Source of the DNA: Eledone cirrhosa
Taxonomy: Eukaryota
NCBI GenBank assembly: GCA_964016885.1
Contig: OZ024741.1
Span: forward strand, 250,728,001 to 250,792,000
Length of the DNA: 64,000 nt
Direction of reading: 5' to 3'
Below the pieces are notes generated by a model. That model saw nothing but the letters and a program-made list of their open reading frames with translations. It was not told the DNA's origin and made no database searches. Every line of letters begins with the position of its first letter. Positions within the stretch are counted from its first letter, which is position 1. The translations under genes and the position numbers were made by a program. Shown piece by piece: positions 41,041-53,900 of the stretch.

Positions 41041-44000
41041 TCCAGCCGTCCAAAGAGAGATAATTTCTAGCCGTCCAAGGGGAGATAATTTCCAGCCAAG
41101 GGGAGATAATTTCCAGCCGTCCAAGGGGAGATAATTTTTTAAAATATCAGGTGGAGATAATTTGTAAAAAAAATCAGGGGGAGATAATTTGTAAAAACAA
41201 AATCAAGGGCAGATAATTTCCAGCCGTCCAAGGGGAGATAATTTCCATCCTTCCAAGGGGAGATAATTTCCAGCCGTCCAAGGGGAGATAATTTCCCGCC
41301 AGCCAAGGGAAGATAATTTTTAAAAAAATCAGGCGGAGATAATTTGAAAAAAAAATCAGGGGGAGATAATTTGTAAAAAAATCAGGGGGAGATAATTTGT
41401 AAAAAAAAAATCAGGGGGAGATAATTTTTTAACAAAATCAGGGGGAGATAATTTGTAAAAAAAAATCAAGGGGAGATAATTTCCAGCCGTCCAAGGAGAG
41501 ATAATTTAAAAAAAAATTCAGGCGGAGATAATTTGTAAAAAAAAATGGGCAGATAATTTGTAAAAAAAATCAGGAGGAGATAATTTGTAAAAAAAATCAA
41601 GGGGAGATAATTTCCAGCCGTCCAAGGGAAGATAATTTCCGGCCAAGGGGAGATAATTTCCAGCCGTCCAAGGGGAGATAATTTTTTAAAAAATCAGGTG
41701 GAGATAATTTGTAAAAAACATCAGGGGGAGATAATTTGTAAAAACAAAATCAAGGGCAGATAATTTCCAGCTGTCCAAGGGGAGATAATTTCCAGCCGTG
41801 CAAGGGAAGATAATTTCCAGCCGTCCAAGGGGAGATAATTTCCCGCCAGCCAAGGGAAGATAATTTTTAAAAAAATCCGGCGGAGATTGTAAAAAAATCA
41901 GGGGGAGATAATTTGTAAAAAAATCAGGAGGAGATAATTTGTAAAAAAAAATCAGGGGGAGATAATTTGTAAAAAAAATCAGGGGGAGATAATTTGTAAA
42001 AAAAAATCAGGGGGAGATAATTTGTAAAAAAATCAGGGGTAGATAATTTGTAAAAAAAAATCAGGGGGAGATAATTTGTAAAAAAAATCAGGGGGAGATA
42101 ATTTGTAAAAAAAATCAAGGGGAGATAATTTGCAGCCGTCCAAGGGGAGATAATTTCCAGCCGTCCAAAGAGAGATAATTTCTAGACGTCCAAGGGGAGA
42201 TAATTTCCAGCCGTCCAAGGGGAGATAATTTCCAGCCGTCCAAGGGGAGATAATTTTTTAAAATATCAGGTGGAGATAATTTGTAAAAAAATCAGGGGGA
42301 GATAATTTGTAAAAACAAAATCAAGGGCAGATAATTTCCAGCCGTCCAAGGGGAGATAATTTCCCGCCAGCCAAGGGAAGATAATTTTTAAAAAAATCAG
42401 ACGGAGATAATTTGTAGAAAAATCAGGGGGAGATAATTTCCAGCCGTCCAAGGGGAGATAATTTTCAGCCGTGCAAGGAGAGGTAATTTCTAGAGGTCCA
42501 AGGGGAGATAATTTCCAGCCGTGCAAGGGGAGATAATTTCCAGCCGTCCAAAGAGAGATAATTTCTAGCCGTCCAAGGGGAGATAATTTCCAGCCGTCCA
42601 AGGGGAGATAATTTCCAGCCCTACAAGCAGCTATAATTTCCAGCCGTCCAAAGGGAGATAATTTCCAGCCAGCGAAGGGGAGATAATTTATTTTTAAATT
42701 AGGGGGAGATTTGTAAAAAAAATCAGGGGGAGATAATTTGTAAAAAAAATCAAGGGGAAATAATTTCCAGCCGTCCAAGGGGAGATAATTTCCAGCCGTT
42801 CAAGGGGAGATAATTTCCAGCCGTCCAAGGGGAGATAATTTTTTTAAAAAAATCAGGCGGAGATAATTTGTAAAAAAAAAATCAGGGGGAGATAATTTGT
42901 AAAAAAAAATCGGGGAGATAATTTGTAAAAAAAAATCAGGGGGAGATAATATGTAAAAAAAATCAAGGGGAGATAATTTCCAGCCGTCCGAGGGAAGATA
43001 ATTTCCAGCCCTCCAAGGGGCTATAATTTCCAGCGTCCAAGGGGAGATAATTTCCAGCCAGCGAAAGGGAGATTATTTTTTTTTAAAAATCACTGGGAGA
43101 TTTGTAAAAAAAATCAGGGGGAGATAATTTGTAAAAAAAATCAAGGGGAGATAATTTCCAGCCGTCCAAAGAGAGATAATTTCTAGCCGTCCAAGGGGAG
43201 ATAATTTCCAGCCGTGCAAGGGGAGATAATTTCCAGCCGTCCAAGGGGAGATAATTTCCATCCTTCCAAGGGGAGATAATTTCCAGCCGTCCAAGGGGAG
43301 ATTATTTCCCGCCAGCCAAGGGAAGATAATATTTAAAAAAATCAGGCGGAGATAATTTGTAAAATAAATCAGGGGGAGATAATTTGTAAAAAAATCAGGG
43401 GGAGATAATTTGTAAAAAAATCAGGGGGAGATAATTTGTAAAAAAAAATCAGGGGTAGATAATATGTAAAATAAGATCAGGGGGAGATAATTTGTAAAAA
43501 AAAAATCAGGGGGAGATAATTTGTAAAAAAAATCAAGGGGAGATAATTTTCAGCCGTCCAAGGAGAGGTAATTTCTAGCCGTCCAAGGGGAGATAATTTC
43601 CAGCCGTCCAAGGGGAGATAATTTCCAGCCGTCCAAGGGGAGATAATTTTTTAAAAAAAATCAGGCGGAGATGATTTGTAAAAAAAAAATCAGGGGGAGA
43701 TAATTTGTAAAAAAAAATCAGGGGGAGATAATTTGTAAAAAAAATCAAGGGGAGATAATTTCCAGCCGTCCAAGGGAAGATAATTTCCAGCCTCCAAGGG
43801 GCTATAATTTCCAGCGTCCAAGGGGAGATAATTTCCAGCCAGCGAAGGGGAGATAATTTTTTTAAAAAAATCACTGGGAGATTTGTAAAAAAAATCAGGG
43901 GGAGATAATTTGTAAAAAGAATCAAGGGTAGATAATTTCCAGCCGTCCAAAGAGAGATAATTTCTAGCCGTCCAAGGGGAGATAATTTCCAGCCAAGGGG

Positions 44001-44908
44001 AGATAATTTCCAGCCGTCCAAGGGGAGATAATTTTTTTAAATATCAGGTGGAGATAATTTGTAAAAAAAATCAGGGGGAGATAATTTGTAAAAACAAAAT
44101 CAAGGGCAGATAATTTCCAGCCGTCCAAGGGGAGATAATTTCCAGCCGTGCAAGGGGAGATAATTTGTAAAAAAAATCAGGGGGAGATAATTTCCAGCCG
44201 TCCAAGGGGAGATAATTTTCAGCCGTCCAAGGAGAGGTAATTTCTAGCCGTCCAAGGGGAGATAATTTCCAGCCGTGCAAGGGGAGATAATTTCCAGCCG
44301 TCCAAGGGGAGATAATTTCCATCCTTCCAAGGGGAGATAATTTCCAGCCGTCCAAGGGGAGATAATTTCCAGCCAGCGAAGGGGAGATAATTTTTTTTTT
44401 TAAATCAGGGGTAGATTGGTAAAAAAAAATCAGGGGGAGATAATTTGTAAAAAAATCAAGGGGAGATAATTTCCAGCCGTCGAAGGAGAGATAATTTATA
44501 GCCGTCCAAGGGGAGATAATTTCCAGCAAGCCAAGGGAGATAATTTTTTTAAAAAATCAGGCGGAGATGATTTGTAAAAAAAATCAGGTGGAGATAATTT
44601 GTTAAAAAAAATCAGGGGGCGATAATTTCCAGCCGTCCAAGGGGAGATAATTTCCAGCCGTCCAAAGAGAGATAATTTCTAGCCGTCCAAGGGGAGATAA
44701 TTTCCAGCCAAGGGGAGATAATTTCCAGCCGTCCAAGGGGAGATAATTTTTTAAAATATCAGGTGGAGATAATTTGTAAAAAAAATCAGGGGGAGATAAT
44801 TTGTAAAAACAAAATCAAGGGCAGATAATTTCCAGCCGTCCAAGGGGAGATAATTTCCATCCTTCCAAGGGGAGATAATTTCCAGCCGTCCAAGGGGAGA
44901 TAATTTCC
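37672..44908 (+). repeat. Tandem duplication of a ~3.6-kb block (approx. 37672..41260 and 41261..44908)
   Basis: ORF pairs 39461->43073, 39963->43575, 40459->44071 (all 3612). The rare variant TTTAACAAAATC occurs at ~37840 and ~41429. The first copy lacks one 25-bp monomer near 38990. Confidence 0.9.
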
Positions 44909-47900
44909 ATCCAGCCAAGGGGAGATAATTTTAAAAAAATCAGGCGGAGATAATTTGTAAAAAAAAAAATCAGGGGGAGATAATTTGTAAAAAAAAATCA
45001 GGGGGAGATAATTTGTAAAAAAATCAGGGGTAGATAATTTGTAAAAAAAATCAAGGGGAGATAATTTCCAGCCGTCCCAGGGGAGATAATTTCCAGCCAG
45101 CGAAGGGGAGATAATTTTTTTTTTTAAATCAGGGGTAGATTGGTAAAAAAAAATCAGGGGAAATAATTTGTAAAAAAATCAAGGGGAGATAATTTCCAGC
45201 CGTCGAAGGAGAGATAATTTATAGCCGTCCAAGGGGAGATAATTTCCAGCAAGCGAAGGGAGATAATATTTTAAAAAAATCAGGCGGAGATGAATTGTAA
45301 AAAAAATCAGGTGGAGATAATTTGTTTAAAAAAATCAGGGGGCGATAATTTCCAGCCGTCCAAGGGGAGATAATTTTTTTTTTTAAATCAGGGGAGATAA
45401 TTTGTAAAAACAAAATCAAGGGCAGATAATTTCCAGCTGTCCAAGGGGAGATAATTTCCAGCCGTGCAAGGGAAGATAATTTCCAGCCGTCCAAGGGGAG
45501 ATAATTTCCCGCCAGCCAAGGGAAGATAATTTTTAAAAAAATCAGGCGGAGATTGTAAAAAAATCAGGGGGAGATAATTTTTAAAAAAATCAGGAGGAGA
45601 TAATTTGTAAAAAAAAATTGGGGGGGAGATAATTTGTAAAAAAAATCAGGGGGAGATAATTTGTAAAAAAAAATCAGGGGGAGATAATTTGTAAAAAAAT
45701 CAGGGGTAGATAATTTGTAAAAAAAAATCAGGGGGAGATAATTTGTAAAAAAAAATCAGGGGGAGATAATTTGTAAAAAAAATCAAGGGGAGATAATTTG
45801 CAGCCGTCCAAGGGGAGATAATTTCCAGCCGTCCAAAGAGAGATAATTTCTAGACGTCCAAGGGGAGATAATTTCCAGCCGTCCAAGGGGAGATAATTTC
45901 CAGCCGTCCAAGGGGAGATAATTTTTTAAAATATCAGGTGGAGATAATTTGTAAAAAAATCAGGGGGAGATAATTTGTAAAAACAAAATCAAGGGCAGAT
46001 AATTTCCAGCCGTCCAAGGGGAGATAATTTCCCGCCAGCCAAGGGAAGATAATTTTTAAAAAAATCAGACGGATATAATTTGTAGAAAAATCAGGGGGAG
46101 ATAATTTCCAGCCGTCCAAGGGGAGATAATTTTCAGCCGTGCAAGGAGAGGTAATTTCTAGAGGTCCAAGGGGAGATAATTTCCAGCCGTGCAAGGGGAG
46201 ATAATTTCCAGCCGTCCAAAGAGAGATAATTTCTAGCCGTCCAAGGGGAGATAATTTCCAGCCGTGCATGGGGAGATAATTTCCAGCCGTCCAAGGAGAG
46301 GTAATTTCTAGCCGTCCAAGGGGAGATAATTTCCAGCCCTCCAAGGGGAGATAAATTCCAGCCTCCAAGGGGAGATAATTTCCAGCCAGCCAAGGGGAGA
46401 TAATTTGTAAAAAAATCAGGGGGAGATAATTTGTAAAAAAAAATCAGGGGGAGATAATTTGTAAAAAAAAATCAGGGGGAGATAATTTGTAAAAAAAAAT
46501 CAGGGGGAGATAATTTGTAAAAAAAATCAAGGAGAGATAATTTTCAGCCGTCCAAGGGGAGATAATTTTCAGCCGTCCAAGGAGAGGTAATTTCTAGCCG
46601 TCCAAGGGGATATAATTTCCAGCCGTCCAATGGGAGATAATTTCCAGCCGTCCAAGGGGAGATAATTTTTAAAAAAAATCAGGCGGAGATAATTTGTAAA
46701 AAATAAATCAGGGGGAGATAATTTGTAAAAAAAAATCAGGGGGAGATAATTTGTAAAAAAGATCAGGGGGAGATAATTTGTAAAAAATATCAAGGGTAGA
46801 TAATTTCCAGCCGTCCAAAGAGAGATAATTTCTAGCCGTCCAAGGGGAGATAATTTCCAGCCGTGCAAGGGGAGATAATTTCCAGCCGTCCAAGGGGAGA
46901 TTATTTCCCGCCAGCCAAGGGAAGATAATATTTAAAAAAATCAGGCGGAGATAATTTGTAAAATAAATCAGGGGGAGATAATTTGTAAAAAAATCAGGGG
47001 GAGATAATTTGTAAAAAAGATCAGGGGGAGATAATTTGTAAAAAAAAATCAGGGGTAGATAATATGTAAAATAAAATCAGGGGGAGATAATTTGTAAAAA
47101 AAAAATCAGGTGGAGATAAATTGTAAAAAAAATCAAGGGGAGATAATTTTCAGCCGTCCAAGGAGGGCTAATTTCTAGCCGTCCAAGGGGAGATAATTTC
47201 CAGCCGTCCAAGGGGAGATAATTTCCAGCCGTCCAAGGGGAGATAATTTTTTTTAAAAAATCAGGCGGAGATAATTTGTAAAAAAAAAATCAGGGGGAGA
47301 TAATTTGTAAAAAAAAATCAGGGGGAGATAATTTGTAAAAAAATCAAGGGGAGATAATTTCAAGCCGTCCAAGGGAAGATAATTTCCAGCCTCCAAGGGG
47401 CTATAATTTCCAGAGTCCAAGGGGAGATAATTTCCAGCCAGCGAAGGGGAGATAATTTTTTTAAAAAAATCACTGGGAGATTTGTAAAAAAAATCAGGGG
47501 GAGATAATTTGTAAAAAGAATCAAGGGGAGATAATTTCCAACCGTCCAAAGAGAGATAATTTCTAGCCGTCCAAGGGGAGATAATTTCCAGCCAAGGGGA
47601 GATAATTTCCAGCCGTCCAAGGGGAGATAATTTTTTAAAATATAGGTGGAGATAATTTGTAAAAAAATCAGGGGGAGATAATTTGTAAAAATAAAATCAA
47701 GGGCAGATAATTTCCAGCCGTCCAAGGGGAGATAATTTCCAGCCGTGCAAGGGGAGATAATTTGTAAAAAAAATCAGGGGGAGATAATTTCCAGCCGTCC
47801 AAGGGAGATAATTTTCAGCCGTCCAAGGAGAGGTAATTTCTAGCCGCCCAAGGGAAGATAATTTCCAGCCGTCCAAGGAGAGGTAATTTCTAGCCGTCCA

Positions 47901-50900
47901 AGGGGAGATAATGTCCAGCCGTCCTAGGGGAGATAATTTCCAGCCGTCCAAGGGGAGATAATTTTTAAAAAAATCAGGCGGAGATAATTTGTAAAAAAAA
48001 AATCAGGGGGAGATAATTTGTAAAAAAAAATCAGGGGGAGATAATTTGTAAAAAAAATCAAGGGGAGATAATTTCCCGCCAGCGAAGGGGAGATAATTTT
48101 TTTAAAAAAATCACTGGGAGATTTGTAAAAAAAATCAGGGGGAGATAATTTGTAAAAAAAATCAAGGGGAGATAATTTCCAGCCGTCCAAAGAGAGATAA
48201 TTTCTAGCCGTCCAAGGGGAGATAATTTCCAGCCAAGGGGAGATAATTTCCAGCCGTCCAAGGGGAGATAATTTTTTAAAAAATCAGGTGGAGATAATTT
48301 GTAAAAAAAATCAGGGGATGATAATTTGTAAAAACAAAATCAAGGGCAGATAATTTCCAGCCGTCCAAGGGGAGATAATTTCCAGCAGTGCAAGGGGAGA
48401 TAATTTCCAGCCGTCCAAGGGGAGATAATTTCCATCCTTCCAAGGGAAGATAATTTCCAGCCGTCCAAGGGGAGATAATATTTAAAAAAATCAGGCGGAG
48501 ATAATTTGTAAAAAAAATCAGAGGGAGATAATTTGTAAAAAAATCAGGGGGAGATAATTTGTAAAAAAAAAAATCAGGTGGAGATAATTTGTAAAAAAAA
48601 TCAGGGGGAGATAATTTGTAAAAAAAAATCAGGGTGAGATAATTTGTAAAAAAATCAGGGGTAGATAATTTGTAAAAAAAATCAAGGGGAGATAATTTCC
48701 AGCCGTCCAAGGGTAGATAATTTCCAGCCAGCGAATGGGAGATAATTTTTTTTTTTAAATCAGGGGTAGATTGGTAAAAAAAAATCAGGGGGAGATAATT
48801 TGTAAAAAAATCAAGGGGAGATAATTTCCAGCCGTCGAAGGAGAGATAATTTATAGCCGTCCAAGGGGAGATAATTTCCAGCAAGCCAAGGGAGATAATA
48901 TTTTAAAAAAATCAGGGGGAGATAATTTGTAAAAAAAAATCAGGGGTAGATAATTTGTAAAAAAAAATCAGGGGTAGATAATTTGTAAAAAAAAATCAAG
49001 GGGAGATAATTTCCAGCCGTCCAAAGAGAGATAATTTAAAAAAAAAATCAGGCGGAGATAATTTGTAAAAAAAAATCAGGGGTAGATAATTTGTAAAAAA
49101 AATCAGGGGGAGATAATTTGTAAAAAAAATCAAGGGGAGATAATTTCCAGCCGTCCAAGGGAAGATAATTTCCAGCCAAGGGGAGATAATTTCCAGCCGT
49201 CCAAGGGGAGATAATTTTTTAAAAAATCAGGTGGCGATAATTTGTAAAAAAAATCAAGGGGAGATAATTTGTAAAAACAAAATCAAGGGCCGATAATTTC
49301 CAGCTGTCCAAGGGGAGATAATTTCCAGCCGTGCAAGGGAAGATAACTTCCAGCCGTCCAAGGGGAGATAATTTCCCGCCAGCCAAGGGAAGATAATTTT
49401 TAAAAAAATCAGGCGTAGATTGTAAAAAAATCAGGGGGAGATAATTTGTAAAAAAATCAGGGGGAGATAATTTGTAAAAAAAAATCAGGGGGAGATAATT
49501 TGTAAAAGAAATCAGGGGGAGATAATTTGTAAAAAAAAATCAGGGGGAGATAATTTGTAAAAAAATCAGGGGTAGATAATTTGTAAAAAAAATCAGGGGG
49601 AGATAATTTGTAAAAAAAAAATCAGGGGGAGATAATTTGTAAAAAAAATCAAGGGGAGATAATTTGCAGCCGTCCAAGGGGAGATAATTTCCAGCCGTCC
49701 AAAGAGAGATAATTTCTAGCCGTCCAAGGGGAGATAATTTCCAGCCGTCCAAGGGGAGATAATTTCCAGCCGTCCAAGGGGAGATAATTTTTAAAAACAT
49801 CAGGTGGAGATAATTTGTAAAAAAATCAGGGGGAGATAATTTGTAAAAACAAAATCAAGGGCAGATAATTTCCAGCCGTCCAAGGGGAGATAATTTCCCG
49901 CCAGCCAAGGGAAGATAATTTTTAAAAAAATCAGGCGGAGATAATTTGAAAAAAAAATCAGGGGGAGATAATTTGTAAAAAAATCAGGGGGAGATAATTT
50001 GTAAAAAAAAAATCAGGGGGAGATAATTTTTTAAAAAAATCAGGGGGAGATAATTTGTAAAAAAAAATCAAGGGGAGATAATTTCCAGCCGTCCAAGGAG
50101 AGATAATTTAAAAAAAAATTCAGGCGGAGATAATTTGTAAAAAAAAATCGGGCAGATAATTTGTAAAAAAAATCAGGAGGAGATAATTTGTAAAAAAAAT
50201 CAAGGGGAGATAATTTCCAGCCGTCCAAGGGAAGATAATTTCCGGCCAAGGGGAGATAATTTCCAGCCGTCCAAGGGGAGATAATTTTTTAAAAAATCAG
50301 GTGGAGATAATTTGTAAAAAACATCAGGGGGAGATTATTTGTAAAAACAAAATCAAGGGCAGATAATTTCCAGCTGTCCAAGGGGAGATAATTTCCAGCC
50401 GTGCAAGGGAAGATAATTTCCAGCCGTCCAAGGGGAGATAATTTCCCGCCAGCCAAGGGAAGATAATTTTAAAAAAAATCAGGCGGAGATTGTAAAAAAA
50501 TCAGGGGGAGATAATTTGTAAAAAAATCAGGAGGAGATAATTTGTAAAAAAAAATCAGGGGGAGATAATTTGTAAAAAAAATCAGGGGGAGATAATTTGT
50601 AAAAAAAAATCAGGGGGAGATAATTTGTAAAAAAATCAGGGGTAGATAATTTGTAAAAAAAAATCAGGGGGAGATAATTTGTAAAAAAAAATCAGGGGGA
50701 GATAATTTGTAAAAAAAATCAAGGGGAGATAATTTGCAGCCGTCCAAGGGGAGATAATTTCCAGCCGTCCAAAGAGAGATAATTTCTAGACGTCCAAGGG
50801 GAGATAATTTCCAGCCGTCCAAGGGGAGATAATTTCCAGCCGTCCAAGGGGAGATAATTTTTTAAAATATCAGGTGGAGATAATTTGTAAAAAAATCAGG

Positions 50901-53900
50901 GGGAGATAATTTGTAAAAACAAAATCAAGGGCAGATAATTTCCAGCCGTCCAAGGGGAGATAATTTCCCGCCAGCCAAGGGAAGATAATTTTTAAAAAAA
51001 TCAGACGGAGATAATTTGTAGAAAAATCAGGGGGAGATAATTTCCAGCCGTCCAAGGGGAGATAATTTTCAGCCGTGCAAGGAGAGGTAATTTCTAGAGG
51101 TCCAAGGGGAGATAATTTCCAGCCGTGCAAGGGGAGATAATTTCCAGCCGTCCAAAGAGAGATAATTTCTAGCCGTCCAAGGGGAGATAATTTCCAGCCG
51201 TCCAAGGGGAGATAATTTCCAGCCCTACAAGCAGCTATAATTTCCAGCCGTCCAAAGGGAGATAATTTCCAGCCAGCGAAGGGGAGATAATTTATTTTTA
51301 AATTAGGGGGAGATTTGTAAAAAAAATCAGGGGGAGATAATTTGTAAAAAAAATCAAGGGGAAATAATTTCCAGCCGTCCAAGGGGAGATAATTTCCAGC
51401 CGTTCAAGGGGAGATAATTTCCAGCCGTCCAAGGGGAGATAATTTTTTTAAAAAAATCAGGCGGAGATAATTTGTAAAAAAAAAATCAGGGGGCGATAAT
51501 TTGTAAAAAAAAATCGGGGAGATAATTTGTAAAAAAAAATCAGGGGGAGATAATATGTAAAAAAAATCAAGGGGAGATAATTTCCAGCCGTCCGAGGGAA
51601 GATAATTTCCAGCCCTCCAAGGGGCTATAATTTCCAGCGTCCAAGGGGAGATAATTTCCAGCCAGCGAAAGGGAGATTATTTTTTTTTAAAAATCACTGG
51701 GAGATTTGTAAAAAAAATCAGGGGGAGATAATTTGTAAAAAAAATCAAGGGGAGATAATTTCCAGCCGTCCAAAGAGAGATAATTTCTAGCCGTCCAAGG
51801 GGAGATAATTTCCAGCCGTGCAAGGGGAGATAATTTCCAGCCGTCCAAGGGGAGATAATTTCCATCCTTCCAAGGGGAGATAATTTCCAGCCGTCCAAGG
51901 GGAGATTATTTCCCGCCAGCCAAGGGAAGATAATATTTAAAAAAATCAGGCGGAGATAATTTGTAAAATAAATCAGGGGGAGATAATTTGTAAAAAAATC
52001 AGGGGGAGATAATTTGTAAAAAAATCAGGGGGAGATAATTTGTAAAAAAAAATCAGGGGTAGATAATATGTAAAATAAGATCAGGGGGAGATAATTTGTA
52101 AAAAAAAAATCAGGGGGAGATAATTTGTAAAAAAAATCAAGGGGAGATAATTTTCAGCCGTCCAAGGAGAGGTAATTTCTAGCCGTCCAAGGGGAGATAA
52201 TTTCCAGCCGTCCAAGGGGAGATAATTTCCAGCCGTCCAAGGGGAGATAATTTTTTAAAAAAAATCAGGCGGAGATGATTTGTAAAAAAAAAATCAGGGG
52301 GAGATAATTTGTAAAAAAAAATCAGGGGGAGATAATTTGTAAAAAAAATCAAGGGGAGATAATTTCCAGCCGTCCAAGGGAAGATAATTTCCAGCCTCCA
52401 AGGGGCTATAATTTCCAGCGTCCAAGGGGAGATAATTTCCAGCCAGCGAAGGGGAGATAATTTTTTTAAAAAAATCACTGGGAGATTTGTAAAAAAAATC
52501 AGGGGGAGATAATTTGTAAAAAGAATCAAGGGTAGATAATTTCCAGCCGTCCAAAGAGAGATAATTTCTAGCCGTCCAAGGGGAGATAATTTCCAGCCAA
52601 GGGGAGATAATTTCCAGCCGTCCAAGGGGAGATAATTTTTTTAAATATCAGGTGGAGATAATTTGTAAAAAAAATCAGGGGGAGATAATTTGTAAAAACA
52701 AAATCAAGGGCAGATAATTTCCAGCCGTCCAAGGGGAGATAATTTCCAGCCGTGCAAGGGGAGATAATTTGTAAAAAAAATCAGGGGGAGATAATTTCCA
52801 GCCGTCCAAGGGGAGATAATTTTCAGCCGTCCAAGGAGAGGTAATTTCTAGCCGTCCAAGGGGAGATAATTTCCAGCCGTGCAAGGGGAGATAATTTCCA
52901 GCCGTCCAAGGGGAGATAATTTCCATCCTTCCAAGGGGAGATAATTTCCAGCCGTCCAAGGGGAGATAATTTCCAGCCAGCGAAGGGGAGATAATTTTTT
53001 TTTTTAAATCAGGGGTAGATTGGTAAAAAAAAATCAGGGGGAGATAATTTGTAAAAAAATCAAGGGGAGATAATTTCCAGCCGTCGAAGGAGAGATAATT
53101 TATAGCCGTCCAAGGGGAGATAATTTCCAGCAAGCCAAGGGAGATAATTTTTTAAAAAAATCAGGCGGAGATGATTTGTAAAAAAAATCAGGTGGAGATA
53201 ATTTGTTAAAAAAAATCAGGGGGCGATAATTTCCAGCCGTCCAAGGGGAGATAATTTTCAGCCGTCCAAGGAGAGGTAATTTCTAGCCGTTCAAGGGGAG
53301 ATAATTTCCAGCCGTCCAAGGGGAGATAATTTCCAGCCGTCCAAGGGGAGATAATTTTTTAAAAAAATCAGGCGGAGCTAATTTGTAAAAAAATAATCAG
53401 GGGCAGATAATTTGTAAAAAAAAATCAGGGGGAGATAATTTGTATACAAAATCAAGGGGAGATAATTTCCAGCCGTCCAAGGCGAGATAATTTCTAGCCG
53501 TCCAAGGGAAGATAATTTACAGCTGTCCAAGGAGAGGTAATTTCTAGGCGTCCAAGGGGAGATAATTTCCAGCCGTCCAAGGGGAGATCATTTCCAGCCT
53601 GCCAAGGGGAGATAATTTCCAGGCAGCCAAGGTTAGATATTTGTAAAAAAAAATCAGGGGGAGATAATTAGTAAAAAAAATCAAGGGGAGATAATTTCCA
53701 GCCGTCCAAGGGGAGATAATTTCCAGCCCTACAAGCAGCTATAATTTCCAGCCGTCCAAAGGGAGATAATTTCCAGCCAGCGAAGGGGAGATAATTTTTT
53801 TTTAAATTAGGGGGAGATTTGTAAAAAAAATCAGGGGGAGATAATTTGTAAAAATAATCAAGGGGAAATAATTTCCAGCCGTCCAAGGGGAGATAATTTC

